Source of the DNA: Squalus acanthias
Taxonomy: Eukaryota
Length of the DNA: 64,000 nucleotides
Assembly (NCBI GenBank): GCA_030390025.1
Contig: CM059425.1
Span: 172,672,001-172,736,000, forward strand
Direction of reading: 5' to 3'
This document shows, one piece after another, positions 26,452-38,114 of the stretch (its first letter is position 1; each line of letters begins with the position of its first letter). Below the pieces are notes generated by a model, which was given only the letters and a program-made list of their open reading frames with translations, did no database searches and had not been told where the DNA came from. Made by a program: the position numbers and the translations under genes.

Positions 26452-29400
26452 GGAGAACCAGTGGATGTGGTGTATTTGGACTTTCAGAAGGCTTTCGATA
26501 AAGTCCCGCATAAGAGATTAGCGTGCAAAGTTAAAGCACATGGGATTTGGGGTAAGGTACTGACTTGGATGGAGAACTGGTTGGCAGACAGGAAGCAAAG
26601 AGTTGGAATAAATAGGTCTTTTTCCGAGTGGCAGGCAGTGACTAGTGGGGTACCGTAGGGATCGGTGCTAGGACCCCAGTTATTCACAATATATATTAAT
26701 GATCTAGACGAGGGAACTAGATGTAATATCTCCAAGTTTGCAGACGACACAAAGCTGGGTGGGCGTGTGTGCTGTGAGGAGGATGCAGAGAAACTCCAGT
26801 ATGATTTGGACAGGTTGGGTGATTGGGCAGATGCATGGCAGATGCAGTATAATGTGAATAAATGCGAGGTTATCCACTTTGGTGGCAAAAACAGGAAGAC
26901 AGATTATTATCTGAACGGCAATAGATTGGGAAAAGGGGAAAGTGCAACGAGACCTGGGTGTCCTTGTGCACCAGTTGCTGAAGGTAAGCATGTAGGTGCA
27001 GCAGGCGGTTCAGAAGGCAAATGGTATGTTGGCCTTCATAGCGAGAGGATTCGAGTACAGGAACAAGGATGTCTTGCTGCAGTTGTACAGGGCCTTGGTG
27101 AGACCACACCTTGAGTATTGTGTGCAGTTTTGGTCGCCTTATCTGAGGAAGGATGTTCTTGCCATGGAGGGAGTGCAGCGAAGATTCACCAGACTGATAC
27201 CTGGGATGGCAGGAATGATGTATGAAGAGAGATTGGGTCGATTAGGCTTATATTCGCTAGAGTTTAGAAGAATGAGAGGGGATCTAATTGAAACTTTTAA
27301 AATTCTAACAGGACTAGGCAGACTAGATGCAGGAAGGATGTTCCCGATGGCGGGGGAGTGCAGAACCAGGAGTCACAGTCTAAGGATAAGGGGTAAACTA
27401 TTTAGGACTGAGATGAGGAGGAATTTCTTCACCCAGAAAGTGGCGAACCTGTGGAATTTTCTACCACAGGAGGCAGTTGAGGCCAATTCATTAAATACAT
27501 TCAAGAAGGAGTTAGATATATTTCTTAAGGCTAAAGGGATATGGGGAGAAAGCAGGGACAGGGTACTGAATTTGGATGATCAGCCATGATCTCATTAAAT
27601 GGCGGAACAGGCTCGAAGGGCTGAATGGCCTACTCCTGCTCCTGTCTTCTATGTTTCTACATAGATCCCTGAAGGCAGCAGGACAGGTAGATAAGGTGGT
27701 TAAAAAGGTATATGGGATACTTGCCTTAACTAGCCGAGGCATAGAATATAAGCGCAAGGAGGTTATGATGGAGCTGTACAAAATGCTAGTTAGGCCACAG
27801 CTGGAATACTGTGTGCAGTTCTGGTCGCCACACTATAGGAAGGATGTGATTACATTGGAGCGGGTGCAGAGGAGATTCACCAGGATGTTGCCTGGGCTGG
27901 AGCGCTTCAGCTATGAAGAGAGACTGGACAGGCTGGGGTTGTTTTCCTCAGAGCAGAGAAGGCTGAGGGGGGACCTGATTGAGGTGTACAAAATTGAGGG
28001 GCATAGATAGAGTAGATAGAAAGGAACTTTTCCCCTTAGTAGAGGGGTCAATAACCAGGGGGCATAGTTTCAAGGTAAGGGGCAGGAGGTTTAGAGGGGA
28101 TTTGAAGAAAAACTTTTTCACCCAGAGGGTGGTTGGAATCTGGAAGTCACTGCCTGAAAGGGTGGTAGAGGCAGGAACCCTCACAGCATTCAAGAAGCAT
28201 TTAGATGAGCACTTGAAACGCCATAGCATACAAGGCTATGGACCAAGTGCTGGAAAATGGGATTAGAATAGATGGGGCTTGATGGCCGGCGTGGACACGA
28301 TGGGCCGAAGGGCCTCTTTCTGTGCTGTATAAATCTATGACTCTATGGATATCTGTGTCATAGCTTGGCGAGGGGCACAGCTAGCTCTGGTGCATAGGTC
28401 TTCAGCACTACAGCAGGACGTTGCTTTATCCCTATAATTTTCAAGTTGAGAACACCTAGCAAGATGGTACGCAATATGTAACAGTTGGAGGTATGCATCT
28501 GATACAACAGTACATTAAGTGACAATGGAAACTGTTGAACTTCGGACATTGCTAGAGTTTGTCAAAACTGCAGTGCGGTTGTCCATCACTTTGGAAGGGG
28601 ATTCTGGGGTTCAGTAGAACTGAGGAGACAGAACCTGGTGTTTGGGAATAGATTGTGGGGCTTGGCTCAGCAGTGGTTTTCAAATGTCTCAGCAGTGAGG
28701 AGGGGAGTTGGCACGGGCCTAACAGCAGTGTCCTGGGTCTGGCAGCAATGGTTTTACCGTTTTGTGATTATTTCCTTTGATTTATACTGAGTGGTTCTAT
28801 TAGTACAACCTCAATACCCTGTTAACTTTAGCTACAGTTTCTCTACATTGGTCATGTACCTTCAGTGATCTGTGCACAGTAACACCTGGATCATTTTTCT
28901 CTCTGAACCTCTCTCAGTAGTTTTCCCTGCAAATGATACGTCTATTCTGTGTTGGCCCTACCAACATGCATGACACTACATTTGATAAGTATTTATTTAC
29001 AGCACAGAACCGGCCATTGGGCCCAACAGGTCCATGCCGGTCGGTGTTTATGCTCCACACGAGCCTCCTTGCAACCTTCTTCATCTAACCCTAACCCTAT
29101 CAACATATCCTTGTATTCCTTTCTCCCTCGTGTTTATCTAGCTTCCCCTTAAATGAATCTATGCCGGTTGCATTATCTAATTTATGTAAATTAAACAACA
29201 TCTGCCATTGTGTGGGCCACTCCCCTAGCCCATCTAAATCTTTTTGGATTTGATTGCACTTGATTTTGGATATGATCTACATTAAAATGCGTGGCTTGTT
29301 TTTCTTGGGGACCAGCACCACTGGTGATGTCTGCTGGCTGTGGAATGCCGATATTTCACAGTTTCAGCATTTTTAGTACCTCCTTGGTTCTATTCTGTCG

Positions 29401-29779
29401 CAGTGTGGCACAAAGTATGAGGGTTGGCGCACTGGTGAAACCAATCTGATGATGTAAAGAACAGTTGAGCTAGCTACAGCCACGGAATTGACAACAAAGT
29501 ATGTTTTTGATTTGTAATGCCAATTAGAGGTAGACCAGTCATTATATAACTACCTACTTCCCGTGGACAAAACTCTAGATATTTTATGTGTTTCTAATGT
29601 GAGGGAAATCACATTACTAAAACATGTAAATTCAGTGGGACAGTTTGCCAGTTATGCCACAAGCAAGGATCCTAAGCCTAAAAATGGTGGAACAGAGCTA
29701 ATGAAGTCTATGAACCCCTGGTTTGCCTATATTTTAGAGGAAATGAGATCCAGGGAGCATTGTTCTGCTGTGTATCATC

Positions 29780-30385
29780 TGTAGGGAAAAGACATGGACC
29801 CATATAAGTTCATACTGGGATTGAATGGAAAATGTGAAGAGATGGAGGGGGATGTGGGGGCTTGATTGACTATCTGATGAAGATGCATACTGATGTCTAG
29901 GATTAGGATTATTTTAAGAATATGCAAACCTATAGAGGATCGCAAGTTCTTGTTTTAGGAACTGTCACCATACAAGTCAAATCAAGGCCAAGAGAAGTGG
30001 TTGCCAGTTTTGGTTGTGATGGAACAAGGTCCAAATTTAATGGGCTGGCATTGGGTGTAAAATATTTGAAATATCTTTGCTCCATTTGCTCTGAGAAAAA
30101 AAAAAGTAAAGGCTGAGTTACAAAGATTAGAGAAGATACAAAGATTAAGTCAGTACCTTTTTCTGAGTGGATAGTGCCAATTGTCTATGTAGTTAAGCAA
30201 GATTAATAGATGAGAATCCATGAGGATTATTAAGTAACAGTGAATCAAGTATTCAGATTAGATAATTATGCCATTCCCAAAACAGAAGATTTGTTACTCA
30301 TTTTAGGAGGTGGGCAGTAAGTTACAAAACTCAATATTTCAAAGTTTTAACGTGAAATTATCCTGGATGAAGATTCAAAATGGAA
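29780..30385 (+). mobile_element. Gypsy/Ty3 LTR-retrotransposon pol remnant (protease linker and RT N-terminus)
   Basis: Manual translation from ~30150: SVPFSEWIVPIVYVVKQD**MRIHEDY*VTVNQVFRLDNYAIPKTEDLLLILGGGQ*VTKLNIS. QTYRGSQVLVLGTVTIQV lies upstream. Confidence 0.8.
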
Positions 30386-30552
30386 CGTGAGTGAGTGATT
30401 ATTGAGAAATGGAGAAACATAGAGGTAGATACTACACTTTGGTCTTAGTCTGAATCGGATCAACTGATCTTTTCTAGCTATTATAATATGTAGAACTTAT
30501 TGGGTGAATAATATTGAGTGAAGTCTTCAACTTCATTTTTTTGTTGTTGCAG

Positions 30553-30813
30553 GGGCAGCTTTCAATTTTACATGAAAAAATTGACCACCTAGAACGTCTA
30601 TTAGCTGAAAACAACGAAATAATTTCAAACATCAGGGACTCGGTTATTAATTTGAGTGAATCTGTGAAAGATAGCCGAGGGGACATTGAAGCTTCAAATT
30701 CAAGTAAAGGATTATTCTCCGAACTCTTTGGATCCTCTTCTTTTGTTATTCCCATTGAACCGGAAGATTGTCACTTTGCCTCAAAGAGCTACACAAAAGC
30801 ATCAAATTTACAA
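30553..30813 (+). CDS. MAN2A1: Golgi alpha-mannosidase II, exon equivalent to exon 2 (stem/coiled-coil region), 261 nt, phase 0-0
   Basis: Acceptor ttttgttgttgcAG at 30551-30552; donor CAA|GTAAGT at 30814. Translates GQLSILHEKIDHLERLLAENNEIISNIRDSVINLSESV...DCHFASKSYTKASNLQ, matching the vertebrate MAN2A1 stem. Confidence 0.95.
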
Positions 30814-31975
30814 GTAAGTAACAATTGTGTTTTATGGACCATAAAATTTGAAATATTTCCAGTTATTGCATCAGGGTACTAGTCAGTTTGCAACCAATGT
30901 CTCTGCTTTAACTGATTGCAAAATAATTGCTAAACATTCTTTATTTCTATGGTGAACCCAGCAAACAGATTAGATGCAGGAAAAAAAATCCAAGAATTTT
31001 GTTGATGTTATAATTTTAAAGTTTCCCTATGAACTATCAAGGAAAGCTTTTGCAGGAAAAATGTCTAGGCAATGGAAAAAAATTAAACTTGAGCAGAATC
31101 TCAAGGCAATCCTTGGTGTGGTTTGTAGTGACTTGTTCTGCTGGATGAATGGCTTTACAACCTTTAGATGAAGACAGACTTCCTTTTGCAGCAGAAGAAA
31201 TTTCATATCTTGGTTCAAAAGAATAAGTTGAGGAAAACAGCAAGGATCTATAAAGTAAGTGCCCATGGCTAATGCTTTCATCACCATACTCAGTAACTCA
31301 CTGTTGCTACAATGGGATCCCATTACATTAGATGGCTGGTGAGGTAGACTGTTTCGAAACGCTGTTCCATATGTTTCACCAGGGTCTCAGGACAGTGATT
31401 CTCTTTCAAGACAGTTAAGTAACCTTTTGCCCTAGATTTGCAGAAATGTATATTTTATAGACCATAGAGAAAGTTTACTTAGACCCAGGCAATTCAGCGA
31501 TTTACTCCATTACTTCACTGTCCCAAAGCTGTCAGGAAATTGCCGATCAAAAGTCAACCTGAAGGCCTTGAACTTCTTGATTTTTTTTGACGATAGGTAT
31601 TCTCTTTTTTTATTGTACAACACATTTTTTTGGAAAAGACAACCGATTGCTTCTTTTGCTGCAATGATGAAATTTACACTAGCCAAAAAATCTTGCGCAT
31701 AAATCATTTGGTTGTCTGTGTTTTATTTTCTGTATACACTGTTGAGATTCCTGCATGGCAATTAACTGAATGTATTTTACACTTTGGAAAAAAAAGTGTA
31801 AATGTGCTTCATACATTGTTTTAAACAGCTGTTCTTGTGACACAATATGTAGACATCACTCCACTTTTGTTTATGTAGGGTCCACTGACTAAAATGAAGA
31901 TTTTTTTTTAGATTGATTCCTGAAACCACAACGTCAGCAGGGAATTAGTGTCTAAATTTTTCTGATTTCTTCTAG

Positions 31976-32120
31976 ATGTTGGATATCTACAACATTCTAC
32001 CTTTTGACAACCCAGATGGTGGAGTTTGGAAACAGGGCTTTGACATCATTTACAATGAACATGAGTGGGATGATGAGCCACTGCAGGTCTTTGTTGTGCC
32101 TCATTCACACAATGATCCTG
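31976..32120 (+). CDS. MAN2A1: MAN2A1 exon 3 equivalent, 145 nt (start of the GH38 catalytic domain, Zn-ligand HSHND motif)
   Basis: Acceptor tttcttctAG; donor CCTG|GTGAGG at 32121. Manual translation (this frame is absent from the ORF track): [48 protein letters not shown](G). Confidence 0.96.
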
Positions 32121-32689
32121 GTGAGGAATAGACATTTTAAGGGGTTTGAACTTCATCACAACTTAATGATTTCTAAACAGTGTTTTTCATTTCATAAAGT
32201 TAATTATTAGTATTTATTACATTTTAAATTGTATTACTTTTTCAGCAGAAAAAGACAAATTTACATGGGACCTACAATACTGAATGGAAGCATTGGCCCA
32301 TAATTTGCGGTCAGCAGTGAAGCAAAGGTGTTCGCCGCTGGCCCCGAAATAAGCTTCTCACAAAGATCTTGTGATCTCTATGGCAAGAAGTTCGGCTTTT
32401 CCGATGTGCAGCTGAAGTCAATTTAGCGGGAATCCCATAGCTGCTGTGAGGTCAACAAGCTATCTAAGCAGCCAATCACATTGCAGAATTTTCACAGACA
32501 GGGAACCAGGAAATAGAAAGCACTAGTACTCAATCACTTTAAAATTTTTTTTACAGAGAGCGAAATAAAGATTTTTTTACGTACACATTGGGTTAAGGTA
32601 GAAGCTGAAATATCATGAACAAACTTTAAATTTTTTTTAATTAATTTTAAAATCTAATAATTTTTAACTTAATGGAGAAATTTGACATT

Positions 32690-32805
32690 CATAGAAACAT
32701 AGAAACTAGGAGCAGGAGTAGGCCATTCGGCCCGTCGAGCCTGCTCCACCATTCAATACGATCATGGCTGATCATCCAAATCCAGTACCCTGTCCCTGCT
32801 TTCTC
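32690..32805 (-). mobile_element. CR1 3'UTR fragment
   Basis: catagaaacatagaaactaggagcaggagtaggccattcggccc, as at 58151. Confidence 0.8.
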
Positions 32806-33141
32806 ACACAGAATCCCCACAGTACAGATAGAGGCCATCTCGGCCCATCGAGCCTGCACCGACACATATCCCACCCTATCCCCGTAACCCCACGTATCTA
32901 ATTCCCCCTAACATATCCCATCCTATCCCCGTAATCCCACATATTTAATCCCCCCCTAACACTAAGGGTCAATTTATCATAGCCAAATCAACCTAACCCG
33001 CACATTTTTGGACTGTGGGAGGAAACCGGAGCACCCGGAGGAAACCCACGCAGACACGGGGAGAATGGGCAAACTCCACACAGACAGTCACCCGGGTCCC
33101 TGGCGCTGTGAGGCACCAGTGCTAACCACTATGCCACCGTG
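32806..33141 (-). mobile_element. V-SINE (HE1-like): tRNA head, V domain and CR1-type tail
   Basis: Reverse complement: GGTGGCATAGTGGTTAGCACT... then the V domain CTGCGTGGGTTTCCTCCGGGTGCTCCGGTTTCCTCCCACAGTCCAAA. Internal ~47-bp tandem duplication at ~32866-32960. Confidence 0.88.
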
Positions 33142-33954
33142 TTCCACCAATATAAAATTAGTTTTTCAGGGCTAGAATGGTATCAGTAGTTATTATTCAG
33201 ATCGCCGTTAAAAACCCAGTTACCCCATTTGAATGGGTCTAACTTTTTATGGGGTTTCTAACAGCAATATTTGTTCGGAAAAGGGGAAGTTTGTGTTATA
33301 TCAGTGATTTGATTGCCAGCTCTGGGGGATGGGTGGGGGTAGGGGGGCTCCACAGCTCAGCCCATGGAGAAGCAGTGAATGACAGACTGCAATTTCAGGA
33401 TATCCGCGTGAGGCTGCGCATGCGCTAAATCCTGAAGTTGCGGTCAGTTTCAAAGGCGAAATGATGGTGAACGCTGCCAGTTCACTGTCATCAGGACCAC
33501 AAATTCCAGGCCATTATGCTTGCTGGTGTCATGATATGTGGCAATTTTGTCAAACCTCTTATTTTACTAGTATGACTTCTAGCAGGGTGATAATTTCTAT
33601 GTAAATTAACATCTAAATAGCATGGATGTCATTGGGAGTAGTTAGCATGGCTTTAGAACAAAATGGCCATTCCTTACAAACCTACTTGAGCTAAAGCATA
33701 ATATGAAACAATCCTATTTTAAGTAGGCTAGTGGAAATTGTGGGTTTGAGCTAAGCCGAATGTCACCAGGATTGAACAAGTATCACCCACTAAATGGACG
33801 ATGTTATTCCAATTCCAAGGACGGATAGCCCACCCAAACTAGTTTAAACAAAATAAATGCATCAAAATCAAAACGAAAAATCTATACATTGCCTACTTAT
33901 CACAGCCAACCAGTACACACTGGTTTCTCTTCTGATCGTATAAATCTTTTTTTA

Positions 33955-34420
33955 GTGTCAGCCGTGGCTCATTTGGAAGCACCCTCGCCTCTGAGTCAGA
34001 AGGTTGTAGGTTCAAGTCCCACTCCAGAGACTTGAGCACAAAAATCTAGGCTGATACTCCAGTGCAGTGCTGAGGGAGTGCTGCACTGTCAGTAGTGCCA
34101 TCTTTCAGATGAGATATTCTACCGAGGCCCCGTCTGCTCTCTCAGGTGGACGTAAAAGATCCTGTGGCACTATTTCGAAGAAGAGCAGGGGAGTTATCCC
34201 CGGTGTCCTGGCCAATATTTATCCCTCAGTCAACATCATTAAAACAGATTATCTGGTCATTATCACAATGCTGTTTGTGGGACCTTGCTGTGCGCAAACT
34301 GGCTGCCGCGTTTCCTATATTACAACAGTGACTACACTTCAAAAAGTAATTCATTGGCTGTAAAGCGCTTTGGGACATCCGGTGGTCGTGAAAGACGCTA
34401 TATAAATGCAAGTCTTTTTT
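33955..34420 (+). mobile_element. Full-length Deu-domain SINE (SacSINE1-like): tRNA head, Deu domain, L2-like tail
   Basis: A box TGGCTCATTTGG, B box GGTTCAAGTCC; Deu core CAGGTGGACGTAAAAGATCC...GGTGTCCTGGCCAATATT...GTGCGCAAACTGGCTGCC; tail shared with the L2 end at 2325-2380. Flanks tcttttttt(ag) on both sides. Confidence 0.88.
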
Positions 34421-34787
34421 AGAAGGTGTCTAGTGAATCAGTAGACACCACATGTTGGTGCTCAGGGGTCACTGGGCGTGAACAATAGCTTGAATAACAC
34501 AAGAGGGTTATATTTTAAGTAGATCAGTTTAATTGTGGGGGCAGGCAAGCCTAAATGGCACAGTAACGCGTACCTTTGCCTTCTAAAAGTAAAGACATTT
34601 AATGTTGTGTTCAAGGGTCACCTGGGCACAAATTATAGGTCAAATAGCGGTCCAACCCCACCAGGATGAGTCAAGTGCCTCCCAAGAGACAACACTATTG
34701 AAATTACAGAGATTGCTCATACAGAACAAAAATTAAAATTTTCAGAGAAATTTCTGCAAACAATAAATTTAGTGTTCTGTGTTGGCT

Positions 34788-35172
34788 TCTTGAAACATAT
34801 AGGATTCTATGGCGGATTGACAGGGTAGATGATGAGAGGTTGTTTCCCCTGGCTGGAGAGTCTAGAACTAGGGGGCATAGTCTCAGGATAAGGGGTCGGC
34901 CATTTAAGACTGAGATGAGGAGGAATTTCTTCACTCAGAGGGTTGTGAATCTTTGGAATTCTCTACTGCAATGGGCTGTGGATGCTGAGTCGTTGATTAT
35001 ATTCAAGGCTGAGATAGATAGATTTTTGGACTCTAGGGGAATCAAGGGATATGGGGATCGGGCGGGAAAGTGGAGTTGAGGTCGAAGATCAGCCATGATC
35101 TTATTGAATGGCGGAGCAGGCTCGAGGGGCCGTATGGCCTACTGCTGCTCCAAATGATTATGTTCTTATGTT
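34788..35172 (+). mobile_element. CR1 3' fragment
   Basis: FPLAGESRTRGHSLRIRGRPFKTEMRRNFFTQRVVNLWNSL; tail ttatgttcttatgttct. Confidence 0.9.
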
Positions 35173-35274
35173 CTTTTTGGAATTATATTTCTGTGTCTGT
35201 CTTTGTCTGTGTCTCTATATGTCTGCCTCTCTCACTTTGTCAGACATTTGCTAACCATCAACAAACCAGGATTT

Positions 35275-35930
35275 TTTATTATTTGTTCTCTGGATGTAGA
35301 CGACACTGGCAAAGCCACATTTAATTGAAATGGCCCATAGAAAGTGATGGTGGTATGCCTTCTCCTTGAACTGCTGCAGTGATTATGGGTGATGGCGTCC
35401 CACGATGTTGTTAGGTAGGGAGTTCCAGTATATTGACCCAGCAATGATGTCCAAGTCAGGATAGCATATGACTTGGAGGGGGAACTTGAGGTGATCATGC
35501 TCCCACAACATTGCTGTTCTTGTCCTTCTTGGTGGTAATGATCATAGGAGGGTTGAAATAACCATGGTGAGTTGCTGCAGTGCTTCTTGTAATGAGTGGC
35601 CCATCTCCAGACCCCTCAAATCTTCACCACTTACTAGGTTCAAGCCAAAAGAGTAATGGATATCATCGTACAAACTGCATCCACTGATGGTGGAAGGAGT
35701 GGATATTGAGTCCCATGGCGCAGGGGCTGATCGTGTAAGCTGCTCTATCTTGGATGATGCCAAGCTTCTTGAGTGTCTCTGTGGCTGAAGCCATCCAGTG
35801 AGTATTTCATCACTCTTAACTTGAGCCTTGTAAATGGTGATGATCTGAGGGTTCAGGAGGTGTGCCACTCATTTTAGAGTACCCAGCATCTTCCCTGCTC
35901 TTGTATCCATGGTGCTGATATGGCTGGAAT
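35275..35930 (-). mobile_element. Decayed 3' part of the second CR1-group lineage
   Basis: HLLNPQIITIYKAQVKS on the minus strand, homologous to 37520-38100. Confidence 0.7.
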
Positions 35931-36411
35931 AATTAGAGATTTTTTTTGTTTTCCAAAAAATAGTCAAATTGGAATGAGGAATCTAACAGTAGTTTTAGGA
36001 TGGCATGGATAAATAATGACGCTAGAAACCCGTAAAATGGCAGAAAAAAGCCTACGAGGACTATAAAATAATAATGAAAAAACAAAAGGCATATGAAAAA
36101 GTAAAAAAAGAGGTTAAGAGTGGAATAAGGAAAGCGAAGAAGGAGTTTGAGGAAAATATTTCAATAATCATCAAAAGGAACAGTTAAGTATTTTACAAGT
36201 ATATCAGTAAAAGTTGAATTGTTGAATATGAGGTGATACTCCAGAGAGGAGGAGATTGTCAATTTGTCAATGATGGAGGAGGTGTTTAATAAGTACTAGC
36301 ACGTAGATTCACTAGGAAACTGCCTGGAATAATAAATATGATAGATTCAGAACTGATCTAGCAGCTCAAAACTGGGCATCCATGAGGCGCTGTGGGCCAT
36401 GAACAGCAGCT

Positions 36412-38110
36412 GACCAGATCAAGGCTCTGTAGTTCTGCCACATCCAGTTGTCAATGGTGGTGGACCATTAAACAACTAACGGAAGGAGGAGGCTCCATGA
36501 ACATCCCCATCCTCCGTGATGGCAGAGCCCAGCACGTGAGTGCAAAAGACAAGGCTGAAGCGTTTGCAACCATCTTCAGCCACAAGTGCTGATTGGATGA
36601 TCCATCTCGGCCTCCTCTTGAGGTCTCTACCAATACAGAAGCCAGTTTCAGACATTTTGATTCACTCCACGCGATATCAAGAACTGGCTGAGCGCACTGG
36701 ATACAGCAAAGGCTATGGGCCCTGGCAACATCCTGGCTGTAATGCTAAAAACTTGTGCTCCAGATCTAGCCGTGCCTCTAGCCAAGCTGTTCCAGTACAG
36801 CTACAACAGTGACATTTACCCGACAGTGGAAAATTGCCCAAGTATGTCCTGTCCACAAAAAGCAGGACAAATCCAATCGGCCAATTACCGCCCAATCAGT
36901 CTACTGGCAGCCATCAGCAGAGTGATGGAAGGTGTCGTCGACAGTGCTATCAAGTGGCACTTACTCAACAATAACATGCTCACTTATGCTTAGTTTGGAT
37001 TTCGCCAGGATCACTCGGCTCCAGACCTGATTACAGATTTGGTCCAAGCATGGACAAAAGAGCTGAATTCCAGAGGTGAGGTGAGAGTGACTGCCCTTGA
37101 CATCAAGGCAGCATTTGACCGAGTGTGGCGTCAAGGAGCCCTAGTAAAATTGAAGTCAATGGGAATCGGGGAAAACCATCGTGGCCTCCTCCTGAGGTCC
37201 CCACCATCATAGAAGCCAGTCTTCAGCCAATTCGATTCACTCCACGTGATATCAAGAACTGGCACTGGATATAGCAAAGGCTAATTAAAAGTCCGTGCCC
37301 GCATGTAGCAAGACCTGGACAACATTCAGGCTTGGGCTGATAAGTAGCAAGTAACGTTCGTGCCACACAATTGCCAGGCAATGACTATCTCCAACAAGAG
37401 AGCGTCCAACCACCGCCTCTTGACATTCAACAGCATTACTATCACCGAATCCCCCACCATCAACTTCCTGGGGGGTCACCATTGACCAGAAACTTAACTG
37501 GATCTGCCACATAACTACTGTGGCTACAAGAGCAGGTCAGAGGCTGGGTATTCTGCACCAAGTGTCTCACCTCCTGACTCCCCAAAGCCTTTCCACCATC
37601 TACAAGGCACAAGTAAGGAGTGTGATGGAATACTCTCGACTTGCCTGGATGAGTGCAGCTCCAACAACACTCAAGAAGCTCGACACCATCCAGGACAAAG
37701 CAGCCTGCTTGATTGGCACCCCATCAACCACCTTAAACATTCACTCCCTTCACTACTGGCACACCGTGGCTGCAATGTGTACCATCTACAAGATGCACTG
37801 CAGCTAGTTGCCAAGGCTTCTTCGACAGCACCTCCCAAACCCGCGACCTCTACCACCTAGAAGGACAAGGGTAGCTGGTGCATTGGAAAATCATCGCCTC
37901 CAAGTCACACACCATCCTGACTTGGAAATATATCGCCGTTCATCGTTGCTGTGTCAAAATCCTGGAACTCCCTCCCTAACAGCACTATGGGAGTACCTTC
38001 ACCACACGGACTGCAGCGATTCAAGAAGGTGGCTCACCTCCACCTTCTCAAGGACACTTAGGGATGGGCAATAAATGCTGGCCACATCCCAAGAACGGAT
38101 AAAGAAAAAA
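36412..38110 (+). mobile_element. Second CR1-group lineage LINE, rearranged copy with 3' end
   Basis: Near-identical to 20727-21468, followed by LSTIYKAQVRSVMEYS and the tail gggcaataaatgctggcc. Confidence 0.85.
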
Positions 38111-38114
38111 ATAC

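Larger units (their letters stand above)
24089..27658 (+). mobile_element. Younger CR1 subfamily copy nested in the CR1 above, itself interrupted by an RTE
   Basis: Same subfamily as 58151-60750 (NLFIPVWHKNKTK..., [21 protein letters not shown]); tail tcttctatgtttcta; junction microhomology TACA. Confidence 0.9.
21790..28348 (+). mobile_element. CR1 LINE ORF2 (APE endonuclease plus RT), split at 24089/27658 by a younger CR1
   Basis: YFNARSL, AITETWL, GVYYRPP, GDFNFP, KSPGPDEMYPRLL, MDFSKAFDKVPH, KFADDTK. DLGVHV (to ~24087) resumes as HRSLKAAG at ~27660; tail ctatgactctatg. Confidence 0.9.
32295..33512. mobile_element. PIF/Harbinger-type MITE hosting a CR1 tail and a V-SINE
   Basis: 3-bp TSD ATT/ATT; TIRs GGCCCATAATTTGCGGTC / GACCACAAATTCCAGGCC. 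Confidence 0.82.

Noticed and set aside
1..30552. MAN2A1 exon 1 or promoter
   Set aside because: No N-terminal cytoplasmic tail/transmembrane ORF and no non-repeat CpG island; the CpG-rich patches are all transposons. Exon 1 is upstream of the window.
32004..32210. ORF overlapping exon 3
   Set aside because: Wrong frame; the real exon is read in another frame between splice sites.
33955..34030. tRNA gene
   Set aside because: The A/B boxes belong to a SINE head followed by a Deu domain; the same applies to the V-SINE head near 33100-33141.
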